DNA of 64,000 bases from Octopus sinensis (taxonomy: Eukaryota): NCBI RefSeq assembly GCF_006345805.1, contig NC_042997.1:167586001-167650000 (forward strand). Direction: 5' to 3'. Both the position numbers and the translations under genes were made by a program. The notes under the pieces are model-generated. The model made no database searches. It saw only the letters and a list, made by a program, of their open reading frames with translations, and was not told where the DNA came from. Position 1 is the first letter of the stretch; every line of letters begins with the position of its first letter. This document shows, piece after piece, positions 35,944-49,598 of this stretch.

Positions 35944-37229
35944 TATTTCTTGTAGGTGAAGTGACTAAGTAGACGTTCACATATTGGCTCAAGTTTTATC
36001 TCTATTATTCTGTTGTTACTACTGTTGTTTAGTCCTGGGTTAGCTCTGATTGAACAGCTGTATAACCAAAACATTCCAACTGTGACCATCCAGTGTATTC
36101 TTTTTCTCTGAGATAGTGGCATGTGAATCAAGGGAGATTTGGTTTCTACTTCTGGCAGGTCAAGTGACTTCATAAAGGGCCCGCTAATAGATAAGTGTAT
36201 TTATGTTTTATGCTATGTTGAATTGTGTTATGTGTGCTAGGTTCAGGTTTTGATTGTATAGGTATATATTTTCTGCTATTTCATAGTGTGGTGGTGATTC
36301 CCTGGAGCTTGTGTGAGTTGTGCTACCCGTCTTTTATTGGGTGATGATTGCATAGGCCAAGTGATCATTATGTTGTGAAGGTTATGTTATATTATTGAAG
36401 AGAATACTGTAAAATATGAGTTGTGGGCAGTGAATTGGCAACGGCAGTAGGACACTTTACAATATTTAACTGCGCACTCTAGGTACAAATCTTATTAAGG
36501 TCAACTTTACCTTTAACCCTTTTTGGGGTTGATAAGACAAACAGAATTGTTAGTGTGTCAGACAGGATGCTTTGAAGTGTCTGTTCCAGTTTACACAGTC
36601 TGGGTTCAAATCCTGATCTGTCACTTAATGGTAACACTTCAGTTCGGAGTTGCAACCAATAGAAAATATCAGCAATTTGATATAGTTTCCTTGGTTCCAT
36701 TGGAAAAATTGACTTCCAGTCCTCCACCATGAGTTGTGAACCATATGTAGGATCTGTTGATTATGTATTAGGTGTTAGATTTGTCTCAAATTTTGGCACA
36801 AGGCCAGCAAGTTTAGGGGAGGGTGTAAGTTGATTACATCAACCCCAGTGCCCAACAGACCTTTTATTTTATCAACCCCAAAAAGATGAAAGGCAAAGCC
36901 CACCATGGCAGAATTTGTACTCACAACATAAAGCAGACAAAATACTGCTAAACATTTTGCCTGGTGCAGTAAGGATTCAGCCATCTTGCCGCCTTTATTA
37001 AGTATGATCACATTCTTCTTTGTCATATTATTTTATGTTTAAAATTTACATTTGTTATATTGTATGGGTGACACAGTTTAAACTTCAAATTAAAAGATAC
37101 CCAATGTACCTGTTGAACCTGTTAGGAAAAGCAGCCAACTCTAGAACTGGATTAATGTAGTACCAGCTTGTAGCATGAGTTAAGAAATACTTATAAATAT
37201 TAATGCTCTTACTTATATAATAAGCTATA

Positions 37230-38020
37230 ATTTAAACGTTACATGTTCTAGATTTAGTATGAGCAAATCTGTTGACAGTGGGAATATCAGTTTCATAGGT
37301 AAGTTTATGTTCAATGTTCATTGCAGTGAGATTGGTCAACAATTTTGACCAAAGATGGTCCTTGGTTCATTTAAAATTTTTTTCAGTTTTGAAAATGACT
37401 GCTTACCATCACAGTTGGTAATTATTAGTGACAAAAAGATGTGCTAGGCTTCTAGCTTTGGAAACAAAGGTTGAAAGAATTCGCAGTCATCAATTAATAA
37501 AACTCTAAGTTTACAAGCTCTTGCTTGGCACCAATATGAAAAGCAATGTTAGCTTTAAATTGAACAAATTCTTCTCTGAGACTTTCTTACAAATCTCCTG
37601 GATCTGATTTGACACAATTTGGTGACATCTTTACAACATCTTCAGGTTTAAATGCCTTTAACTGATGAAGAACTCCACAATAGAACATTCATTGTTTTAG
37701 TAAACTTTCTGGTATTTGAGCAGGATAAAAGCAAATCATCACACATAGCAAGAAGTGTTTAGCTTTAAAATTTCTGAGAGAGAATCTGAAATTCAACAAG
37801 TGGGTCAAATGTGTTGGCACTATGCTTGCATTAAGAGTTTATTACCAATATTCACTCTCTGATGGGTTTTTTTTCTTATTTATTATTTTGTTCAGTGTTG
37901 CAAAAATTGAACCACTTAGCTTGAATATATCTCTGTAAGAATTCATTGATTACAAACCAACACTGATCATTTGATAATATTGTAATATTTGATTCCACAA
38001 TATAACCGCTATTCCTATTT
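37230..38020 (-). mobile_element. hAT transposase C-terminal (dimerisation domain) remnant
   Basis: Minus strand SLIITNCDGKQSFSKLKKILNEPRT..LTAMNIEH..RFAHTKSR matches hATC (TNCSGERSFSKLKRIKNxLR). Confidence 0.65.
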
Positions 38021-38029
38021 CCAACTTCA

Positions 38030-38255
38030 TTAACTTTTTAGCATTTGATTCGGCCATGTCTAGCACAAATATGTTACCTGTTTTATATTAAAACTGACCA
38101 GATCCAACCTCTCACACTTACCCAACAATGTCATTATAAAAATATAAAAGTGCACCATTGAAATTTTGAAACTACAAAATAATGTGATTAATGCAAAACA
38201 ATGTAAATAAATTAGCAATACATTTGACAAAGAAATTCGAATGCTAAAGGATTAA
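38030..38255. mobile_element. TTAA-flanked piggyBac-like MITE
   Basis: ttaactttttagcatt ... aatgctaaaggattaa; a diverged second copy lies at about 4487-4690. Confidence 0.6.
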
Positions 38256-39109
38256 GGCTGAAAGTGGTCCATGAGCCTGTTGTTGACACTCTTTTCTGAT
38301 CATTGTTATTTGAAACAACATCCAACACTTGTTTAACTGCAGAAAAGTTGTTTGTATAACAGTGCTTTTGTTGCTTTTGCACAAGTTCACCACTTAGGAT
38401 ATGGCATTCTTTTCACAATGGACAAATGAGCTGCATTAAATAATGCAGTAAAGGTGGTGGTAGTAGCAGTGGTGGCATTTTACATGCATAGTCTTAAGTG
38501 ATAGTTTCCATTCACTTATAAGTGTAGATCCATGTAGGTGTCATAATATAGAATCTGAAAACTAGATGATGGACAGACCTGGAGTAACAAGGGCATGTCA
38601 ATGATGAGGCCATGAATGGGAACAAAAGGGCTCTGATGAATCTGCTAATTGATTGATTCGACAAACAATTGATTGGTTAATTGGTTTACAAATTAATTGA
38701 TGATAAAAAAATTAAATAGAACTGGTGTGTATGTTTCTTTTCATAATGACCTTTCCAAGATGCAACAAAATAATTTCATCTCAATTATTAAATGAAAGAC
38801 TTGTTCTAAAAATCTTACACTATGCAAAAACTGAGTTTGCAATTACTGGACATACAATGTATTTATAGAATTAAATGAGCCATTTTGATAAGGAAACTAA
38901 ACCCAAGTATTTATTCTCATGAAACTTTTTGAACTTGAAAGCATTTGAGTCTATAATTATTTATACCTTTTTGTGAGTACAACTGAAAACATCTAGATGC
39001 ATTTTTTTTTTACATGGATTGAAACCTAGCTATTTTATCAATTTACAATTACTTTTATGGACCCAACTGCATATTTAATTACACCTGATCTGTGTAATTA
39101 GATCACATA

Positions 39110-39410
39110 TCTAAGTAGCTGTGTGGTAAGTAGCTTGCTAACCAACCACATGGTTCCGGGTTCAGTCCAAAGCCTTGTGAGTGGATTTGGTAGACGGAAA
39201 CTGAAAAAAGCCCATCGTATATATGTATATATATATATATGTGTGTGTGCATGTTTGTGTGTCTGTGTTTGTCTCCCTAGCATTGCTTGACAACCGATGC
39301 TGGTGTGTTTACTTCCCCGTAACTTAGCGGTTCGGCAAGACAGACCGATAGAATAAGTACTGGGCTTACAAAGAATAAGTCCCGGGGTCGATTTGCTCGA
39401 CTAAAGTGGT
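39110..39410 (+). mobile_element. SINE type A with an internal deletion
   Basis: Jumps from ttcagtcc directly to aaagccttg relative to the other copies. Confidence 0.8.
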
Positions 39411-39529
39411 TTGCTAGTTGTATTCTCTTGGAAAGTTGAATTATGATTATTTTTATGGATTCAACTGCATATTTAAAGGACCTGTATAGATTAGTTCATA
39501 AGTGGTGTAATAAAATGAATACATTCTTA

Positions 39530-40095
39530 TCATCATCATTTAACGTCCATTGTCCATGCTGGTATGGGTTGGACAATTTGACTGGGCTGCCATGCTGGAA
39601 GGCTGCACCAGACTCCAGTCTGATTTAGCATGGTTTTCTATGGTTGGATGCCCTTCCTAACATCAACCACTCTGAGAGTGTAATGGGTATGTTTATCTTC
39701 CATCAGCTATCTATCTATCCGCTCAGTCGAAGTCGACTCTCAGTTACTCGATGGATTAGTGTCCTCCAGTCAGTTCTATCCTGGGCTGCCTCTTTCAGAT
39801 TGGCTATGTCCATTCCAGTATCCAGCACAGGTGCCAATTTGCATGACGCTAGTATCTGCCACAATTGCAATTTTGCTCAGTTTGATGGGTCTTCTTCTCA
39901 GGCATGACATAATGCCAAAGGTCTTGGTCATTGCTTCCATGAGGCCCAACATACAAAAGATGTTCTTTACGTGTCACCAGCACAGGTACACTTGGCTTGA
40001 AGGGTCTTCTCAAGCACAACATATTGCCAAAGTTCTCAGTCACCAGTCATTGTCTCTGTGAGGCTCAAAGTTCAAAGATAATGCTTCACCACCTC
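39530..40095 (-). mobile_element. RTE 3' end copy
   Basis: (CAT)n tail, 3' UTR and ORF-end remnant. Confidence 0.65.
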
Positions 40096-40205
40096 ATCTC
40101 CAGTTCTTGTAGTGATGATGGTGGAGGATATCAACTCCTTGATTTTCTAAAATGCACCATAAATGTCCAATAATATTGAGATCTGGGGACCGTGGTGACC
40201 AGATA
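40096..40205 (-). mobile_element. Tc1 transposase fragment
   Basis: IWSPRSPDLNIIGHLWCILE matches the Tc1 WPxxSPDLNxIExLW motif. Confidence 0.65.
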
Positions 40206-40427
40206 AGAAGTTCAACTTCACTAGAATGTGGAAGGTGGGGAGGGATGGGGATATGTAGGTCTTCTGTTGCAGCAGGGAGAGCTCTGTGGGAGTTTTCAGT
40301 ATAAGGGGAGAGGTTACTGGTAGAAGAGATTAACGGTATAAGAGAAGAGATTTCCAGTACGAGAGAAGGGATTTCCAGAATTGGTGGTGGGGGCAGGAAA
40401 GGGTTGGTGCATTGCGAACAGAACAAG

Positions 40428-40887
40428 AAATGGCTAGCTTCACCACAAGAAAATCGAAATAGCAGTAAAGGGCAATAGTGAAGCAAAGAACTATAGAAAC
40501 ACAAGAATTATGACAAATATTTAAAGGGATACAGTTCTCGAAGTTATTAATGAATTACAAGTTACAAAGTTATTTTAACTCAAGAGCATTAGCATGTTAA
40601 TAATACATATTAAATGAATGAAAGAATGATGAATGATTAAAAACTAGAGAAGTTTCTTAGCTTAGCGCCTGGATATTTCGCGTCGTGCTTTGATGATGTC
40701 AAATAGCAGGACAAGATGAGAAGATTTGAGAGAAACCATCTGCGAAGGGGTTCTTTATATAATCTACAGCTGGAAGTGGTCAAATAAAATGGCTAGCTTC
40801 GCCACAAGAAAATCGAAATAGCAGCAAAAGACAATAGTAAAGCAAAGGACAATAAAAACACATGAGAATTATGTCAAGTATTTAAAG
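40428..40887. repeat. About 100-bp direct repeats, about 360-bp period
   Basis: aaatggctagcttc(a/g)ccacaagaaaatcgaaatagcag... at 40428-40526 and 40787-40887. Confidence 0.8.
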
Positions 40888-41599
40888 AGTTCCATTATTA
40901 TATCACCCAAAGTTTGACCCACATTGATGCCTTTGGAATGTAAACTCTGGTAGAGGATAGCTCAGATGTGGTACAGTATGTTAGAAATCTGCTCTTAACC
41001 ATAGTAAGGCTCCCACTGACAGTTTGAATTGGCAATTTGAAGTGAAATGACCTTTATTAATGAACAGCTGGTAACTGCCAACACTCCTGATATACCTATA
41101 TTTCCTCCTATCTAGCAATTATGTTGACATTAACAAACATTAACAATTTTTATGGTAATGCATTAAGTCAAAATTTGAATAGTTGGATCCTATTTCTAAA
41201 GCTCCTGATTCTGTTTCAAGCCAAATCAAAAACACAATGCTTGAATGCTACAATATTACATAAATTCATATAACACATTGTTATTTAAGCTGTTAAAATT
41301 TTAAATAATTTCTGATGATACACAACTTTAATGTACTACTTTTGCTTTGTTCTGCTGCTGTTGACATTGTTGATAGTAATGATGAATAATTATGATTTTG
41401 AAAATTAATAAGACCTAAAACATGTGTGTATCTATAAATGTGTCTAACTTATGTATCTAGGTGATGTAAAAGTCTAAGAAAATTTTAACACTGAGAAACT
41501 TCAGTGAGTGCAATGCAGATACCATTTTTCTATGTTGTTACTATATCAGCATCAATCTATGCAGTGTTACATATAATTATCCATATACAAATAGATCAG

Positions 41600-42400
41600 A
41601 CCTATTGTATTCACCGATTGACTTCAGTATTCATTGACTGTTGTTGTGAAGGCCATTAAGACTGGAAGCTACAAGCATGTAAGGGAGACTGGTAGTATCA
41701 GATCTCAGTTCAATTCTTGATACAAGCTTTCCGTAATGATCACCTTTGGTAACAATGTTGCCTTCAATCACATATTCTTATGGATGTCTTTCATAGGGAT
41801 GGGTACAAGATACAGGTGGTTAGTGAAAGAAGTGACATGAGATAAAAGTTATTTAGGAAGAAAGTGGTTGATGTGATAGTTTGTAGAAATGGTATTAGGA
41901 AACAATGCTACCTAAGCCAACCTCCTAGTTGAGATATGTAGCCAATATCTTTTTAACCTGGTCTCATCTGGAAGAAGCACTTGTTCTGCTGGATCATGAG
42001 ACTTCAGAAAGATCTTCAAAACAATTCACAGCTGAGAAGGAAAATGTTCTGAATGTTCTAAGAACTAAACTTACTTGCTCATTCCAAGAGTAGAGATATA
42101 AGGAATCAAGAATGTTAGAAACCTGCTGTGATCTGTTTAATATAAGAGGCGTGTTGGAAAAAATTCAGATCTGTGATCCATGCACCATCATGATAATTTC
42201 AAAAACAGGTCTGCCTTTCAGGGACTTCTCTCCTGAACAGGTCCTCCTTCAGAAGAGATTATAATAAAGAAATGCAGACAGTCCATCCATTCAGCTGTGT
42301 CAGTGAATACAAAGATGATGCTATCTGTTTCCAAACAGTAAGGCTTGAGGGACTCCAAAATGTTGCAATCTGTAGCGAGATATTAAAATCAAGTATGGCT
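41600..42400 (-). mobile_element. Heavily decayed CR1-group LINE fragment
   Basis: Minus-strand YHDGAWITDLNFFQHASYIK resembles the post-RT DLGVxISxDLxxxxHISYI motif; otherwise frameshifted. Confidence 0.35.
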
Positions 42401-42434
42401 GATAATTTGTAGAATTCAGGAGGAACTACAGTCC

Positions 42435-43712
42435 TTGGACACAGAAGGTAGCTGGAAATTCTTACGGGACAGCTTACTGAGTGTCACACACTAAGTCTGC
42501 ACCTCACATAAGAGGTGCAGCAACATTAAAGGAAGATTAACCGGGAAGATAGCTTTCAAGTGCAGCAGATGCACAGGGGCAATAAACACCACAGATGCTC
42601 AGAAAACACTCCATTACATGCCAGGGGGAGAAACTAGAAGTAGTTGATAGCTTCCACTACCTAGGTGACCAAGTCTGTAGTGGGGGTGGAAGCTCAGAGA
42701 GTGTTACCACTAGAATAAAAATAGCCTGGGCAAAGTTCAGAAAGCTTCTACCCCTACTGGTGACAAAGGGCCTCTCACTCAGAGTGAAAGGTAGGTTTGT
42801 ATGATGCATGTGTGTGAACTGCCATGCTTTATGGCAGTGAAACATGGGCCGTGACTGCCTGAAGATGTGTAGGCTCGAAAGAAATGAAGCTAGCATGATC
42901 TGCTGGATGTGTAATGCTAGTGTGCACACACGACAGAGTGTAAGTGCCCTGAGAGAAATGTTAGACATAAGATGCATTGGATGTGGCATGTAAGAGAGAC
43001 GTTTGCGCTGGTATGGTCATGTACTGCAGATGGACAAGGAGAGCTGTGTGAAGAAGTGCCACTCCCAAACAGTGGAAGGAATCTGGGGTAGAGGGAAACC
43101 CAAGAAGACATGGGATGAGGTGGTGAAGCATGACCTTCGAACGTTGTGCCTCACAGAGGCAATGACAAAAGACCGAGACCTCTGGAGATATGCTGTGACT
43201 GAGAATACCTAGCAAATAAAGTGAGTCCACAGCTGTAACCTACACCAGTATCACATAACCGGCCCACTCAAAAGTACTTTGGATTGAAGGTGACATGCCA
43301 TGCTTGAGGAGACTTTTCAGTCAAGTACATCAACATCAACGGCAATATCAAAATCAAATCAAATGGAAATTGTAGCTGTGAGCCCCATGCCGGTAGCACG
43401 TAAAAAACACCATCTGAATGTGGCCAATGCCAGTGCCACTTTGACTGGCTTCCATGTTGGTGGCATGTAAAAGCACCATCCGATCATGGTCGATGCCAGC
43501 TCCTCTGGCCCATGTGCCAGTGACATGTAAAAAAAGCACCCACTACACTCTTGGAGTGGTTGGTGTTAGGAAGGGCATCCAGCTGTAGAAACACTGCCAA
43601 ATCAGATTGGGGCCTGGTGCAACCTTCTGGCTTCTCAGACCCCAGTCAAACTGTCCAACCCATGCCAGCTTGGAAAACGGACGCTAAACGATGATGATGA
43701 TGATGATGATGA
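42435..43712 (+). mobile_element. Internally deleted RTE copy
   Basis: Pre-RT linker sequence joins directly to the PHD/thumb region near 42490; ORF end, 3' UTR and (GAT)n tail are present. Confidence 0.75.
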
Positions 43713-43764
43713 AATGGATGTTGCCAGCTGTTATGGAACAAAGTCATAAGAGGAAACAACTGAA

Positions 43765-44076
43765 GTACTCCTTCCTTTGTTCCTTCTCGAGCCATGCCTG
43801 GCTCATAAGGGCCGGTTTCCTGGTTTCCTTGGTGTATAGGTTCCCCACCTGGATGGGACACCAGTCCGTTGCAGGTGAGCTGCAAGATGCAGGAGGAAGG
43901 AGTAAGAGAAAGTTGTGGCAAAAGAGTCAGCAGAAGTTTGCCATTACTTTCAGCTGGAGCCGCATGGAGATTAGGTGTTTCACTCATAAACACAGGCATC
44001 GCCTGGTCTGAGATTCGAACCCGCGATCCCTCGACCACGAGTCCACTGCTCTAACCACTAGGCCATGTGCCTCCAC
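43765..44076 (-). mobile_element. tRNA-derived SINE, type E
   Basis: Minus strand ggaggcacatggcctagtggttagagcagtggac...gggttcgaatctcag; its 3' part recurs at about 14870-14995. Confidence 0.8.
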
Positions 44077-45019
44077 TACTGAATTACTCAGTACACATTC
44101 TGAGTTCTGATAACCCTCTTAGTTGGTCCAGAATGGGCACAAACACCACATGGAAGCCTAGCAGAGAATATTAAACCCACAACCCCAAAGATGTATAATT
44201 TTAGGTTTAAAGTTCCTAATTTTCATCACTATAGAACATTGTCCTACAGAACATTGGTTAAGTTCTAACTGTTTAACTCGTGGGTGTGAGTTCAATACTT
44301 GAGTCAGTCAGATAATACTAACGACTGGGAAAATATTAACAAATATAGCATGCACTTGAAGGGAGTCAGGGTGTGATACAACCTAGATGAAAGTACTAGT
44401 GTGAACATGTCAGTGCATTATAATAGTATAGCGAGGGAAACTAGATGAACAGATGTATGAATTCATAAAAGACATGAGTCAACATTTAAAATCAAACAAT
44501 ATACATAAAAATATATATATGCAGATTATATATGAAATTGCTTTATTTGTGTGTCTCTGCTCACCTACCTTTATTTTACATGGTTCAGTTCATCTGAGAG
44601 AATTAAATGAAAAACAGGTTCCATTCCCATATGGTGCCCGAACTGGTTTATTTGAGTTAAATGTTTGGTCATGAACACAATATAGCTGCTATGTATTCTT
44701 ATTCATCAAACTTGTCACCATATCTGATTACTTATAATATATACTAAAGTGTTACCTGTCATATGACATATAATGTCGAAAATTTGCTGAGGCCACAGAG
44801 AGTAATATCATCATCAATAATATTAATATGCTAACTTTTGTTTTTTTGTGTACGTATGTTCATACTTGTGGTGTGTGTCACACTTACTTTAAAGGAAGAG
44901 GTAAAAAGGTTGAAGGGAGAGGTACAAAGAAAAAGAGAAATAAAAGGTGTTAAGCAGAGGAGGTATAGTAGGAATGAGTGGCAAAGTGGGAGAGAAGAGG
45001 GACAGAGAGGAAGTGAGAG

Positions 45020-45125
45020 AGAGAGACAGTGAGTGGTGACTGAAAGGAAGGTGGCATTCCTTTTTCTGTTTTTAAATGTTTACCAGTATTTTCAGAGTAG
45101 ACTGATGCATACAATGAAAGAAAAG

Positions 45126-45163
<38 letters not shown>

Positions 45164-45181
45164 CATACATACATACATACA

Positions 45182-45213
<32 letters not shown>

Positions 45214-45437
45214 CATGCATACATACATACATGCATGCATACATACATACATACATACATACATACATACATACATACATACATTGTTAAATTAAAAGTG
45301 GGAAAGAGGAAGTGAGACAGAAAGAAGGACAGTGAGTGGTAACTGAAAGGAAGGTGGTGTTCGTTTCCTGTTTTTTAATGTTTATCAGTATTTTCAGAGT
45401 AGATTGATACATACATTGAAAGAAAAGTAGATACTTA
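45020..45437. repeat. About 110-bp direct repeats around a (TAGA)n(TACA)n microsatellite
   Basis: gacagtgagtgg(tg/ta)actgaaaggaaggtgg...gaaagaaaagtagata at about 45025-45130 and 45325-45432. Confidence 0.85.
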
Positions 45438-46202
45438 GATATACAGACACTTTGTTAAATCAAAGACAAATGACTACAGCAAATATTGGATGTCACTTAC
45501 ACTTTTCATTACCACACAAGGATAAAATTAACATGCAAGTGTCTGAGTACTCCACAGATATACATACCATTAATGTAGTTCTCAGGAAGATTCAGCCTCA
45601 CACAGAATGTGACAAAGCTGGTTCCTTTGAATTACAGCTACAACTCCTTTTGGTCGGTTGAGTAGACTTGAGCAAGATAAACCTTCAAGTGGTTGAAAGA
45701 AAAAGAATAACGATCTTACATTGGGGCAGGAAAATCTTTTTAGTTGTTAGGGTCACTATGGGTGTTAAACCGGTCCTAACAGTGGCATTCATGAGTCTCA
45801 CAGATCTGGAGGTCCAATTCCCTAGATAAACACCAATGTGCAGGCTGTTGCTATTGTTGTTGTTGTTGTTAAGCAACAAGATGGGTTAGGGTGATTAGGT
45901 GATGGTCTAGGGATTAGGGGCGGGAGACCCCAGTCCTTGGAAAAAAAAACAACTTTTGTCGTCTTGTTGTAGTCGAGGGCTTTTCATTGACACCCGACAC
46001 CATTCTTGAATGGCAGGCTGTTGTTATGAAACTGAGTGTGAGTTGAGGGTGAGGACACTACATGATGGAATAGCAACTATATCACTGCTTATACTAAATA
46101 CAACATTTTTGCCTTATGACAAGGAACATTTCCTTTCCTTTCACTCTTATTAAAAAATGACACCCCATTGCTTACAACAATGAGGTTCCTGTTTATCTGA
46201 TC

Positions 46203-46482
46203 AATGGAACAGTCTACCCGTAAAATTAATGCGCAAGTGGTGACTGAATACTCTACAGACATGCATACCATTAACGTAGTTCTCAATGAGATTCAGCCTT
46301 GTCACAGAATGTGACAAGGTTGGCCCCTTTGAATTACAACAACTCATTTTTGCCAGCTGAGTGAACTGTAGCAAGGTGAAGTAGAGTGCCTTGCGCAAGA
46401 ACACAACATGCCGTTGGGAATCGTACCCATGACTTTACAATCATGGGCTAAATACCTCTAATCACTGAGCCATGCACCTTCA
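46203..46482 (-). mobile_element. tRNA-derived SINE, type F
   Basis: tRNA-like head at the right end; partial second copy at about 45520-45680. Confidence 0.7.
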
Positions 46483-47274
46483 CTCTCTTAACCATAAAGA
46501 AAAGTAGTGAAGCGATAGAGACAGGAAAAGGAAAGCCTCAGTCATTTAAGATGACAATTAGACTGAAATACAATCAATCTTTTCTAGCTTCTTTACTTTT
46601 AATGATGAAGAAGAGGGAAAGAGATTTAGTAATGAATAGAGGGAAAATCTTTCAGGTGTTTAGGTTTTCATTCTGGGAGTTCAAGAATGATTGACTGTTA
46701 GTTCTCTCTTCTTTCCTCCATTGCCGATACTTATTCGCCTTGTTCGATAGTTCTCCATGTCTTTTAGTTGCGGGAAAAGACTATTTTTAACATTTTCTCT
46801 ACAAACTACAAACAAGTCCCACTCCCATTTTTTTCTCTCCATTGAAAAGCTAATGCAAATTTCAAACTGGGTATAGCTGTGAAAAGAGCTCAGAAAAATG
46901 GGTAATACCCATTACAAAATGGGTGAAGGAGGAAAGTTGGCAACAGGTGGGTACATGAAATTCAACTCTATAGAGTGTCTTCTACTATAGACTCAGATTG
47001 ACCAAAGCCTTGTGAGTGGATTTGGTAGATGGAAACTGAAAGAAGACCATTGTATATATGTGTGTGTGTGTGTGTTTGTGTCTGTGTTTGCATCCCCATA
47101 ACTTAGTGGTTCAGCAGAAGAGACTTATAGAATAAGCACCAGGCTTACAGGGAATAAGTCCAGGGTCAACTAAAGGGCAGTGCACCAGCATGGCCATGGT
47201 CAAATAACTGAAACAGCTAGTCATGTAATATTACATTGTTGCAATTATAATTTTACTAGTTTTCAAATTCCATG

Positions 47275-47650
47275 ATGTTCATGCAAAATTATCATCATCA
47301 TCGTATAGCATCCTCTTTCCATGCTGGCATGGGTTGGACAATTTGACATGGAGCTGACCAGCAGGGGGCTGTCCAGACTCCAACTATCTGTTATAGCATG
47401 GTTTCTACAGCTAGATGCCCTTCTTAATACCAACCATTTAACAGAGTGTGCTGAGTGCTTTTTACATGCCACAGGCACAAGTGCATTTATGTGACACCAG
47501 CATGGGTGCTTTTTAAGTGGCACTGGCACCTGAAGGACAAGCCTATATATGTGGAAGACAGGGATTCTACTTAACTTGATGCATCTTATCAAGTACAGCA
47601 AATCACCACATCTCCTGGTCCTTTGTCATTTCCTCAATGCTCAGTGTGTT
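47275..47650 (-). mobile_element. RTE 3' UTR copy
   Basis: (CAT)n tail and shared 3' UTR sequence. Confidence 0.65.
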
Positions 47651-47699
47651 GGACTTAGAATTGTGAAGTTGTGGGTTTGACTCCTGTACTGAATCCCTG

Positions 47700-48330
47700 A
47701 TTTTTTTACTTACTGAATCTGTAAGAAGAGGCAGGATACATGACTCATGCAGGCCCTCTGAGATTGGAGAATTAATGCTATCAATGTTTCATTTGAGCTG
47801 TTGCAAGTCAATACCACTGGAAAAATGTGAATGGGGAGATTCCAGAAGACCGGTGTTCTTGGAAAGAAAGAGGGGACCTAATGGTTAATGTGGAGAAACG
47901 GGGTTGGAAGCACCCAAGGGTAATGAGAGATGTGTGAGTTGATGGTGCCTGAGTGGAGGAGGTATGAGATAAGCCAACTCCAAGAAGTATATGCCATTAT
48001 AGTAACAATAGAAATGACAGAGAGAGGAAACAGTATTTCTGTAAAACAAAGGCTGGAGTGTTTCCTATGGTGTTGAAGTACCAATCAGCAGTGTGGCGCT
48101 TCTCTGGATACAATCCAGGATGTGTAAGCAGTACTCTGTTATTGGTATCACTTTACCCTTGTGAAGTGTCAACATCTGTTGGGAGCTGAAATATCTTCTG
48201 GTCCTAATGAGGTCTGAAAATAAATGTCATTCCATTCAGAAAGGAGTTTTGTGGTCACAATTAACTGCCTAGGAAGCTGAGATAAGCTCAATCAAATGTA
48301 TCAGTAGGCTCCAGACAGACTTTAATTATA
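47700..48330 (-). mobile_element. Decayed Jockey/CR1-group LINE 3' region
   Basis: LTLHKGKVIPITEYCLHILDCIQRSATLLIG resembles LYKAQxRPxxEYCSH..LDRxQxRAxRLIG. Confidence 0.55.
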
Positions 48331-48729
48331 CAAAATAAAGAAATGAGGGCCAATTTTCAAAATAAAAATGTTTATTAATTAAAAATGAAATAAAATATTA
48401 CAAACTTCTTATTTCTATTTTTGCAACAGTGAGTGAGGAAGAGAGGTAATTTGATGGCACAAAAGGATGATTGATGTAAAATGTGAGTGGAGAGGATTGT
48501 AGTAAAATGAAAGCTGGATATTTAGTGAAATAGTTCCAGATAGTGAGAAAGGTGAGTGCCATCAGGGAAAAAATGATGAAAAGTGCAATTCTACTCACAA
48601 TTTCGGAACCAGGACACTGAGGCTTGAGAGATTATATATAGTGTGGATAGTTTAAGGAGGAAAGAGGGTGAGGGGCCCAGTTCTACTTATATATGCTCAT
48701 TGTGCTTCCAGATTCTGACAGTGAGACAG

Positions 48730-49300
48730 ATTCATCACAATGACCAGGTCTTCTTGAGCACCACATATCGCCAGCCATCCTAGTCCTTCGTCCTCTCCTC
48801 CATGAGGTTCAAAGTCCATCTTCACCACATCATCCTATGTCTTCCTGAGTTTCCCTCTTCTCTAAGTTTTATCCATATTATGTAATTAGTGCTTCTTAAT
48901 GCAGTTGTCCTTGTCCATATGCATTACTTGTCCATACCAGCACAGCTTTCTTGCACACTACATCTCATCCCTTTTATGACTAGTTTTTCTTATGTCATTT
49001 ATGTACAATTACATTGCACACCCAATAGACATGCTAGCTTAATTTCTTTCCAGTCTTCTCAAGCACCTCTGAATTCACAGCCCATGTTTCATTATCAGGC
49101 AGCATCACAGTTCTAATATGAATGTCCTACAATCTGCTCTTCCATCTGAAGGAAAAGACCTTTGTTTCCAGCAGTGGCAGCAGCTCCTGAACTTTTTCAA
49201 CCCATTCTTATCCTAGCTGCTGTACTTTCAGAGTAACCACCTCCCTGCTAATTTTATTTGCTAGATAACATAAGCTATCAACTATTTCTAATGAACCATC
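48730..49300 (-). mobile_element. Decayed RTE thumb/C-terminal fragment
   Basis: Reverse-complement similarity to 53250-53760. Confidence 0.55.
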
Positions 49301-49332
49301 AGAACATTTAAAAGAATCTATTTCCAGTGTAT

Positions 49333-49598
49333 GTGGAGGTACGTGGCTTAGTGGTTAGGGTGTTGAACTCATGATCGTAAGATTGTGGTTTCAATTCCTC
49401 GACCGGGTGATGCGTTGTGTTCTTGAGCAAAACATTTCATTTCATGTTGCTCCAGTCCACTCAGGTGGCAAAAATGAGTAATCCTGTGATGGACTGGCGT
49501 CCTGTCCAGGTAGGGAATTTCTATGCCACTGAAACCGTGAAACCGGCCCTTATGAGCCTGGCATAGCTCGAGAAGGAACATTTATTTAAAATTTTTTA
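49333..49598 (+). mobile_element. tRNA-derived SINE with 13-bp TSD
   Basis: Head gtggaggtacgtggcttagtggttaggg; atttccagtgtat duplicated at 49320-49332 and 49599-49611. Confidence 0.8.

Noticed and set aside
45875-45920. Telomere-like TTAGGG variants
   Set aside because: Only one or two exact units in a short degenerate tract; not an interstitial telomeric array
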